DNA of 64,000 nt from Thermodesulfobacteriota bacterium (GTDB lineage: Bacteria > Desulfobacterota > Desulfobacteria > Desulfobacterales > JAUWMJ01): contig JAXHVO010000006.1 in assembly GCA_034189135.1 (NCBI GenBank), positions 1,943 to 65,942 of the forward strand. The letters are read 5' to 3'. Shown here piece after piece: positions 56,749 to 64,000 of the stretch (position 1 is the first letter of the stretch; each line of letters starts with the position of its first letter). The position numbers were made by a program, and so were the translations under genes. The notes under the pieces were generated by a model that did not search any database, had not been told where the DNA came from, and was given only the letters and a program-made list of their open reading frames with translations.

Positions 56749-58494
56749 ATGAAAATATTAATCGCCAAGACCGCAGGATTTTGCATGGGGGTGCGCCGGG
56801 CAGTGGAAATGGTTCTGGATGCACCCCAAAAGCTTAAAGGACCTATCAGCACTTACGGCCCTCTGATCCACAACCCTCAGGTGCTTAAACTTCTGGAAGA
56901 AAAACAAATATCTGTGATTAACGACATCCCTGATCATGGATCCGGCACCATTCTGATCAGGGCCCATGGAGTTCCCCCGGATGTAAAGCAGAACCTTGAA
57001 AAGGCCGGCTTTAATGTGTTGGATGCCACCTGCCCCCGCGTAATAAAGGTTCAGTCGATAATTAAAAAGCATGCGGGAAACCATTATGCCTCAATCATAT
57101 TGGGAGACAAAGACCATCCGGAAGTGGTTGGATTGCTCGGTTATGCCGGAGAAAAGGGCCATGTAATCGGTAGCGTCAGCGATCTTCATTCACTTCCGCG
57201 CTTTGAAAAGGCAATTATCGTTGCCCAGACCACCCAAAATACACTCCTTTTTGATGAAATAAAAAAACAGGCGACGGATAATTTTCCTCACTACAAAGTC
57301 TTTAATACAATATGTGACTCTACCGGCCGTCGCCAGGCCGAAGTAAAACGCCTGGCATCATCGGTCGATACCATTGTTGTGGTTGGAGGATTCAGCAGCG
57401 GAAACACAAAACGGCTGGCTGAGATCGCCAAAAACACCGGAAAGACGGCCTATCACATAGAAACCGAATCAGATCTCAAAGCAATTGACTTAAAGCCACT
57501 GTTATCCTCTGCACGCATAGGAATCACCGCCGGTGCCTCCACCCCGAACTGGACCATCAAAAGAGTTTACCGGGCGCTTGAAGCGCTATCCTTTAAGAAA
57601 GGCCACGGCTGGCAAAAACTCGGTTTTTTTATTCAGCGCACCCTGCTGCTTACAAATATTTATGTATCTATAGGGGCAGGCTGTCTTTGTTATGCCTGCA
57701 CCATGCTTCAGGGAATTTCCCGCTATCTGCCCTATGTGATCATTTCCATTCTCTATGTTCAATCCATGCACATTCTCAATCACCTTACCGGAAGTGCGTC
57801 AGATCGCTATAATGATCCGGACAGAGCGTCTTTTTATAAAAAACATAAAATCTTCTTAACCGGCCTTGCCGTTATTTCCGGTGGAGCCGGCCTTATCACC
57901 GCCTACACCATGGGCCCCACTGCATTTTTAATTCTTTTCATTATGAGCATCATGGGGCTTTCTTATAATTTAAGACTGTTGCCCAGGCGTTTTACCGGCA
58001 ACAGATATTTTAGAATCAGGGACATTCCGGGCTCAAAAACCTTCCTCATAGCAATGGCCTGGGGAATAGTCACGTCTATATTGCCCTCCTTGTCGGCATC
58101 AGGGAAAATCAGTGTAAACGCTGCATTTATTTTTCTATGGTCAACCAGCCTGGTCTTGGTGAGGACCGCATTTTTTGATATACTCGACATGCAGGGAGAT
58201 CGTATCGTGGGCAAAGAAACACTGGCAACCTTGCTGGGAGAAAACCGGACCATGCGTCTTTTGAAGACAGTACAAATAGCCAGTATTTGCTTTTTATTAT
58301 TATCCGCTGCATTTGGTTATATTTCAAGTCTTGGGTTTGCTCTTTTGATGTGCCCTGTTTTGCTGTTTGTTGTTTTAATGGCTTATGAACGCGGGTATGT
58401 TTTACCCGGCATACGGCTGGAATTTCTCGTTGAAACGCATTTTCCCCTGGCAGGGATTGCCGCTTGGGTGTGGTGGGTATTTTGGGGTGTCTGA
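56749..58494 (+). CDS. ispH: Fusion protein: 4-hydroxy-3-methylbut-2-enyl diphosphate reductase (IspH/LytB) + C-terminal UbiA-superfamily prenyltransferase-like membrane domain
   Basis: Residues 1 to about 285 are IspH (AGFCMGVRRAV, DATCPRV, NTICDST supplying the three cluster Cys, and SSGNTKRL). Residues from about 290 to 581 have 8-9 TM segments with Asp-rich motifs NHLTGSASDRYNDPDR and FDILDMQGD (DxxDxxxD). Confidence 0.85.
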   Translation: MKILIAKTAGFCMGVRRAVEMVLDAPQKLKGPISTYGPLIHNPQVLKLLEEKQISVINDIPDHGSGTILIRAHGVPPDVKQNLEKAGFNVLDATCPRVIKVQSIIKKHAGNHYASIILGDKDHPEVVGLLGYAGEKGHVIGSVSDLHSLPRFEKAIIVAQTTQNTLLFDEIKKQATDNFPHYKVFNTICDSTGRRQAEVKRLASSVDTIVVVGGFSSGNTKRLAEIAKNTGKTAYHIETESDLKAIDLKPLLSSARIGITAGASTPNWTIKRVYRALEALSFKKGHGWQKLGFFIQRTLLLTNIYVSIGAGCLCYACTMLQGISRYLPYVIISILYVQSMHILNHLTGSASDRYNDPDRASFYKKHKIFLTGLAVISGGAGLITAYTMGPTAFLILFIMSIMGLSYNLRLLPRRFTGNRYFRIRDIPGSKTFLIAMAWGIVTSILPSLSASGKISVNAAFIFLWSTSLVLVRTAFFDILDMQGDRIVGKETLATLLGENRTMRLLKTVQIASICFLLLSAAFGYISSLGFALLMCPVLLFVVLMAYERGYVLPGIRLEFLVETHFPLAGIAAWVWWVFWGV

Positions 58495-58507
58495 CAATTA
58501 AAAAAAT

Positions 58508-58630
58508 ATGAACTTCGAACTTCGAACGTCCAACGCCGAATTTTGAATAAGGCATTCTGCCTATTTTAAATGGAAGAGTGAAGCGATTTTATCTTTCGAT
58601 GTTCAACGTTCAATGTTGGGGATGTTCAAA
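58508..58630. repeat. REP-like element: inverted blocks of GAAC-containing heptamers flanking a core of about 50 nt
   Basis: The left arm is gaacttc gaacttc gaacgtc caacgcc gaatttt gaataag. The reverse complement of the right arm is gaacatcc ccaacatt gaacgtt gaacatc. The element is intergenic between ispH and plsY. Confidence 0.7.
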
Positions 58631-58685
58631 AACGGTAAAACCTTTTAGGATCGATCAGCATGGCCCGGGGTTTGATTAAAAGCAG

Positions 58686-59315
58686 CTATTTCCCCTTCTT
58701 CCTGATAACATTTTCCGTACCGGCGATTAGCCGTTTGATATTATCCTGGTGACGGTATGCAATAAATATGGTTATCACCGCAGCACAGGCGGTCATAACC
58801 AGTGAATTTGTTTTTATCCACACAGCAATCGGAATAACGCCGGCTGCTGCAAGGGAACCGGCAGATACATGGTTAGTTGACAGAGCCACGATCAGAAATG
58901 CCACCAGAGCAGCCAGACAGGCAACCGGTGAAAGGACCAGGAAGCACCCTAAAGCAGTGGCGACCCCCTTTCCTCCGGTTTTAAACTTCATGTAGACAGG
59001 ATACAGATGCCCTAAAAAGGCGCATAGAGCGGTCAGACAAACACATATTTCATATATCAGAGGACTGGGATAAGAAATAGCCGTTGCCGCATAAACCGGG
59101 ACCACACCCTTTAGCACGTCACCGGCAAGGGTCAGAAGCCCGATAGGTGTCCCGGCAACCCGTCTTACATTGGTTGCGCCGATATTGCCGCTTCCTTGTT
59201 TTCTGATATCAACCGAAGTAAATATTCGGGTAAAAACCAGACCAAAGGGAATGGAACCCAGTAAATAAGCGAAAACTATAATTCCAATAGAATAAATAAA
59301 ATTTATATCTTCCAT
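58686..59315 (-). CDS. plsY: Glycerol-3-phosphate acyltransferase PlsY
   Basis: MEDINFIYSIGIIVFAYLLGSIPFGLVF, SGNIGATNV and KGGKGVAT motifs. I set the start at ATG 59315. The 39-aa extension in the track covers a repeat element. Confidence 0.9.
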   Translation of the reverse strand: MEDINFIYSIGIIVFAYLLGSIPFGLVFTRIFTSVDIRKQGSGNIGATNVRRVAGTPIGLLTLAGDVLKGVVPVYAATAISYPSPLIYEICVCLTALCAFLGHLYPVYMKFKTGGKGVATALGCFLVLSPVACLAALVAFLIVALSTNHVSAGSLAAAGVIPIAVWIKTNSLVMTACAAVITIFIAYRHQDNIKRLIAGTENVIRKKGK

Positions 59316-59376
59316 TTTGATTTTCCACTTTTTGCGTATTAAGCAAAATTGTTGAATTCTTAAAAAACCAGCTTTA

Positions 59377-59456
59377 CCACAGAGAACACAGAGCTCACGG
59401 AGATAACAAGTTAAATCAACAGAATAATCCATGTGTTCTCTGGGAACTCCGTGGTG
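59377..59456. repeat. REP-like element of the CACAGAGAACAC type
   Basis: ccacagagaacacagagctcacggag ...30 nt... gtgttctctgggaactccgtggtg. The sub-motifs cacagagaacac/gtgttctctg and ctcacggag/ctccgtg are each inverted. It lies in the divergent intergenic region. Confidence 0.6.
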
Positions 59457-59507
59457 TAAAATAACTTTTCACCATGCGATCGGAATTATAAAGGAGAACA
59501 TGTGTAA

Positions 59508-59777
59508 ATGCAACCGGTGAAAATTGATATTGAAGATGTCCTTGACCTGCACACCTTTAAACCGTCAGACGTGCCCGACTTGCTGGAAGATTATATCATT
59601 GAGTGCATCAAGGCAGGTATATTTTCCCTGCGTATTATTCATGGAAAGGGCAAGGGGATCCAAAAAAAAAGAGTACAACAGCTGTTGAAAAATAATCCCA
59701 AGGTAAAATCCTTTCTGGATGCGCCTCCTGAAGCCGGAGGCTGGGGTGCCACACTGGTGGAGCTTGAAAGAATTTAA
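59508..59777 (+). CDS. Smr-domain protein
   Basis: 89 aa with LDLH..., LRIIHGKGKG and the small MutS-related fold. Confidence 0.8.
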   Translation: MQPVKIDIEDVLDLHTFKPSDVPDLLEDYIIECIKAGIFSLRIIHGKGKGIQKKRVQQLLKNNPKVKSFLDAPPEAGGWGATLVELERI

Positions 59778-59959
59778 GCACTTAAGGAATATCTCAACAG
59801 TGGTACTGAATATCAGACGACCTATTGTGCTCTATCTTCTACTTGAATGGATAGGATCGAAAGATCAGCTAAACTTCGATTGGAGTATGATAACACTACC
59901 TTTAAGTAAACTGCCAAAGCTTGTGTACAGGTTGAATATTTTTATCATTAAACAAAGTA

Positions 59960-61456
59960 TTAGCGCTGTTGGTCTAAAAAGCCTGGCGGGGCTTTGAATC
60001 CACCCACGAGATCAGATAAGCTCATAGCAAAGGCAATGGTTGTTCGATCCTCGAATTTGGCACCGATAATCTGGATGCCTACCGGAAGGCCGGATTCGCT
60101 CAGCCCGACCGGAGCCACCGTCGCAGGCAAACCAGACACAATAGCCATCGCAGTCCAGGAAAGGTTGTCAAAATACGGTTTCTTCTTTCCGTTTACATCC
60201 AATCTACGGTTTATAACAGGCTCTCTATGGTTATGAGGGAATGCCACAGAAAGAGCAACAGGAGCGAGCAAAACATCGTAGCGCTCAAAGAATTCAGCCC
60301 ATTTAGATTGCTGTTTTTTTTGCCTCGAGACAAGACCATTAGACAGAGGTAATGACCCTGCCGTTAATTCATCGCGCATTTCCCTCCACAAATGAACGGT
60401 TTCCCACAGCTGTAGATCCGGACGTGCTTCTTCGTCAACGGCAAGACCAGCTTCGCGTAATTTCCCCACTGTTTTTTGAAGCGGCGCCAAAACATCCGCA
60501 TCGATTTCAGCTGCAGGAGAGCTATCAGTGAACCAAACGGCAACTCGATAATCACTGAATTGTTTTCTTCGCGTCGGTAAAAGTTCTGAGCTGTGGCCGC
60601 TTTTTTCCGAACGACCCGGAGTCGTCAAGATCTTTAGAGATAACGCCAAATCCTCGGCACTTCGGGACAGAGGCCCGATCACAAAAAGTGGAATCACCGA
60701 CATTTGGTGCGGCTGAACCCGGCCGGGTATGGGAGGTATATGCCCATATCTTGGAACGATTCCAAAGGTGGTCTTGTGGCCGAAAACACCGGTATAATGG
60801 GCCGGAAAGCGAACCGATCCCCCTAAATCGCTACCCAACTCAAGGGAAGTAAATCCCGCGGCAAGCGCTGACGCCGATCCTCCTGATGAGCCGCCGGGAG
60901 TTCTGGTCAAATCCCAGGGATTGTTCGTCGTACCATATACTTTATTAAAGCTTTGAAAATCGCGAGCATGGTATGGAACATTGGTTTTGCCGAAGATGAT
61001 CGCACCGGCGTCGATCAGGCGTTGGACCGCTATCGCATTACGATCCGGTATATAGCTTTTGAGCTTGAGGTCGCCAGAAGTCGCCGGCATTCCCGCCACT
61101 TCGAATACATCCTTTACTGTCATCGGCAGCCCATGAAGAGGCCCCCAGATTTGGCCTCGGGCGAGCGCTTGGTCTGCTTCCGCTGCTCGTGCTCGGGCGG
61201 CATCCACATCTAACGCCACGACCGCGTTGATGCTGCCATTATTGCGTTCAATGCTATCCAGGTAACGGTTGAGAAGATCAAGTGAAGTGATCTCGCCGCG
61301 CCGAATTGCGTCTGTTAACTCAACAGCGGATTTGAAAAGGAAAGGATCGATCTTTTGAGGAAATCTGGAACTGGAATCTTGCTTCCCGCAGCAAATGAGA
61401 GCACTGATGAGAATAATGAGCAAGCCTGTCTGGAGAACCTTTTTGATAAAATCCAT
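59960..61456 (-). CDS. Amidase-signature family amidase, probable lipoprotein/secreted
   Basis: Motifs are GGSSGGSASALAAG and the Ser-cisSer-Lys family core. I set the start at MDFIKK after GGGAGGTGAAACG. The signal peptide has LICCG. Confidence 0.85.
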   Translation of the reverse strand: MDFIKKVLQTGLLIILISALICCGKQDSSSRFPQKIDPFLFKSAVELTDAIRRGEITSLDLLNRYLDSIERNNGSINAVVALDVDAARARAAEADQALARGQIWGPLHGLPMTVKDVFEVAGMPATSGDLKLKSYIPDRNAIAVQRLIDAGAIIFGKTNVPYHARDFQSFNKVYGTTNNPWDLTRTPGGSSGGSASALAAGFTSLELGSDLGGSVRFPAHYTGVFGHKTTFGIVPRYGHIPPIPGRVQPHQMSVIPLFVIGPLSRSAEDLALSLKILTTPGRSEKSGHSSELLPTRRKQFSDYRVAVWFTDSSPAAEIDADVLAPLQKTVGKLREAGLAVDEEARPDLQLWETVHLWREMRDELTAGSLPLSNGLVSRQKKQQSKWAEFFERYDVLLAPVALSVAFPHNHREPVINRRLDVNGKKKPYFDNLSWTAMAIVSGLPATVAPVGLSESGLPVGIQIIGAKFEDRTTIAFAMSLSDLVGGFKAPPGFLDQQR

Positions 61457-61700
61457 CGTTTCACCTCCCAACTCAAAGGTTGGGCACTTCACCCCATAAG
61501 CACATATTACCAACTTACTGATATAATAAAAAAATTATCAACTATCGTCGAACTTATGATATCGCTTAATCCGACCATATCACCACAATTACAGGGGTTT
61601 AAAAAACTGTCATTCGTTGGAGCAACCTGGATCTTAACATGCGCTTCAGCCGCACAAGTTACGAGCGTCTGCAGAAAGCATTGGATATGCATTCCTTTGA

Positions 61701-62285
61701 TTAACTTTTTTTTGAATCTCTCAACATGTATCGATTTTTAACATTGAATATTTCGGACTCGGAAACAACTTCGAACCCGAATTTCTTATAAAAGCGTACA
61801 TTTTTATCCCCTTCTGTCTCCAGGTAAGCTTTGGCAAGACAGGCATCCACTTCCTTGCAGAAGCGTTCCATAAGTATGGATCCAACACCTGATCCTTGAT
61901 GAGACGGCAGCACACCAATCGGACCAAGATGCCAATGTTGACTCAACGGATCGTGACGTGCCCACTCCGTATGCCATATATACTTCCGCCAGCCTATATC
62001 ATTTTCATCTTTTGAGTCTATGTGGTTATTCGTGGCTTTACTCCCCTCGCATGATTTCATCCGCATCACCCCGATAATATTTTGTTTATCTTTTGCCAGA
62101 AAGACTATGCCAGGCAATTCAATCAAGAGGTTAGAAAACATTTTTTCAATTTCTATTCGTTCTTTTTCACCTTTACCCTGAAAAACAGCATCATGGAGAG
62201 GATTGTCGAGCATAGCAACACTGAGAACCCTTGCCGATTCCTGGATGTCCCTTTTTTCCATAAATGAAATCTGAAAGCTGCACAT
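61701..62285 (-). CDS. GNAT-family N-acetyltransferase
   Basis: 194 aa with acetyl-CoA motif A (HQGSGVGSILMERF) and a good RBS (AAGGAATAAAT). Confidence 0.8.
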   Translation of the reverse strand: MCSFQISFMEKRDIQESARVLSVAMLDNPLHDAVFQGKGEKERIEIEKMFSNLLIELPGIVFLAKDKQNIIGVMRMKSCEGSKATNNHIDSKDENDIGWRKYIWHTEWARHDPLSQHWHLGPIGVLPSHQGSGVGSILMERFCKEVDACLAKAYLETEGDKNVRFYKKFGFEVVSESEIFNVKNRYMLRDSKKS

Positions 62286-62412
62286 ATTTATTCCTTTTCT
62301 GGATAGATATTTTACATCAACTGACCTTGTTTGTGATTTGTTAAATGTTGCATTCAGCAGCTTGTCCGCTGCAATGCTTATGCCTCGAACTCATCTTAAT
62401 TATAACAAATTT

Positions 62413-63786
62413 TTATTCAAGTGAGTTAACCCTTTTTCTGTATTCCCAGTAAGGTTTATTCACCTGAACAGCACAATTCTCTCTTGTTTTCAGTGATTCT
62501 ATAAGACTTATCATATAATCTTTTGGGAGCTCAGGAGATATGTAATAAGCACCATCAAATAGTTCCCGTTCATTCTTTAACTGCCCGTCTCTTTTTGCAG
62601 CATCTAATACATTTTGATGATGTGTCCAAAGATAAAGGCCAATATTTATCCAAATACTTTCTGTCATCGGAAAACTATCAACGATACTAAAGGTTTCCGA
62701 GATTGTTTTCGGGGTCTCTCCTGGTGCACCAATTAGAATGGAAAGTCCAAAAGGAATATCTGAATTACTTAGATTACTCAAAGCTTCCCTGATATGGCTG
62801 GTCCTATAACCACGCTTCATATTTGCAAGCATCTTTTCAGAAGCTGTTTCGATGGAGAGGCCGACATAATCACATCCGGATTCTTTCATCAACCTACAAA
62901 AGTCTTTTGTAATCCCCAGCGGTTTAATGGCGCCGGATCTCCATTTGATCTTAAGCTGACGATCAATTATCTCCTTGCAGATCGCTTCCGCATGCTTTTT
63001 GGGACAATTAAAACTGTTATCGCTAAAGTTAATATTTCCTGAGTTCGTCGTTTTCATTACATGCTTGATTTCTTTTATTACTCGCTCTGGGGATTTTAAA
63101 CGATAGCGTGTCCCTTCAAGTGAACTATGGGGACAAAAGGTACACCGAAAGCCGCAGCCTCGTTTGCTATACAAAGCATAAGCTATATTCTGCTCATTGT
63201 ATTTATTACTTTCGAACAGATCATAAGCAGGAAAAGCTGTATCATCCAGATCCGCAACCAAATCTCTTGCTACCTTATTAATCTCACCTGCCTTTCTGAA
63301 AATACATCCCGGCACACTGGATATGTCTCCATTTTTCTCGAGTCTATTAAGATATAGCGGAAATGAGTATTCTCCTTCACCCCTTATTCCATAATCCATG
63401 CTTAGATAATCCAGCCATTCTTTTGCATAGTAATTGAATCCGGGGCCACCCAATATAATGTGAGCATTTGTATTTTGTTTGATAGTATCGACAATGCTTT
63501 TTATTTTTGGCCGCATATCGATATATTTTGTGCCAAAATCGGCTTCTTCATCACGGATATCACTGGTAACGATGGTGATGGAAATACCAATAACATCCGG
63601 TCTGAATTTAGACAGCTTTTTTTTGAGTTCCTCAATTAAGTTACTGGCGACATAACAATCAAATATTTCAACAGTATGGCCTTCTTTACGGGCAGCTCCT
63701 GCAATATAAGCAGCACCAGAAGGAGACATTTGAAGACGGGAAGAGGTCAGTGGAAGAAAGGTTCCTGAAATAATGAGAACTTTCAT
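62413..63786 (-). CDS. B12-binding-domain radical SAM protein
   Basis: 457 aa. It has an N-terminal Rossmann-like cobalamin-binding-type domain and the CxxxCxxC cluster motif RGCGFRCTFCPH. Confidence 0.85.
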   Translation of the reverse strand: MKVLIISGTFLPLTSSRLQMSPSGAAYIAGAARKEGHTVEIFDCYVASNLIEELKKKLSKFRPDVIGISITIVTSDIRDEEADFGTKYIDMRPKIKSIVDTIKQNTNAHIILGGPGFNYYAKEWLDYLSMDYGIRGEGEYSFPLYLNRLEKNGDISSVPGCIFRKAGEINKVARDLVADLDDTAFPAYDLFESNKYNEQNIAYALYSKRGCGFRCTFCPHSSLEGTRYRLKSPERVIKEIKHVMKTTNSGNINFSDNSFNCPKKHAEAICKEIIDRQLKIKWRSGAIKPLGITKDFCRLMKESGCDYVGLSIETASEKMLANMKRGYRTSHIREALSNLSNSDIPFGLSILIGAPGETPKTISETFSIVDSFPMTESIWINIGLYLWTHHQNVLDAAKRDGQLKNERELFDGAYYISPELPKDYMISLIESLKTRENCAVQVNKPYWEYRKRVNSLE

Positions 63787-64000
63787 ATATTAAACCCCGG
63801 TTGATTCAATAAACATTTTTTTATCTTTTAGGCATAATATATATGTTATACAGTTTTCTCGATAAGTCATGAAAATCGAACTTATCGAGATATATATGTG
63901 GTGATATTGAAAATAGTCAACCTATCGAACGTAATGGAATTTTAACAGGTAAGATTTGGATATATGAAATCTACATCGGGAACGCCCGGTTTGTCAAATC

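Overview
This 64-kb stretch looks chromosomal, with no integrase, transposase, phage or cas genes recognised. The domain repertoire suggests a Desulfobacterota/deltaproteobacterium-like anaerobe: MJ0042 zinc ribbons, a PATAN domain, an H1-like histone, System II cytochrome c biogenesis and an EF-G paralog. That is inference only; no search was run. I support about 58 protein genes, 4 intact tRNAs and several repeat or regulatory elements.

Layout:
- 1-15.8 kb, all minus strand: a non-canonical chemosensory locus. It holds a CheB-like gene, a dCache MCP, CheW, CheA, a REC-PATAN-REC-CheB-like fusion, a second CheB-like gene and a Zn-ribbon ParA. It is continuous with a PhnD-like binding protein, a MORN lipoprotein, CheY, a HAMP-only membrane protein and an ABC permease plus ATPase. 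No CheR is present.
- 16.27-17.18 kb: tRNA-Lys(UUU), a tRNA 5' fragment, tRNA-Glu(UUC), then a tandem array of 113-115-bp tRNA-like/terminator units.
- 17.2-23.1 kb: trkH-trkA and birA-bioY-ecfA-ecfT.
- 23.3-24.3 kb: a small-protein operon behind a sigma54-like promoter.
- 24.4-64 kb: housekeeping genes (mpl, Sir2 deacylase, hemL, tRNAs, a PAS hybrid kinase, a LarA-like protein, ccsBA, M16 and M48 peptidases, a UvrD-type helicase, PiT/DUF47, ppiD, an EF-G paralog, parAB, plsY and others).

The most unusual items are:
- the tRNA-like tandem array;
- the CheR-less locus with three CheB-like proteins that have substituted catalytic residues;
- a 240-bp element with perfect 38-bp inverted repeats;
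- an IspH-UbiA prenyltransferase fusion;
- a Tpt1-like protein lacking the Arg-His dyad;
- a family of intergenic GAAC-heptamer repeat elements.

All functional calls come from reading motifs in the supplied translations and from my own reverse-complementing. No database or program was run.
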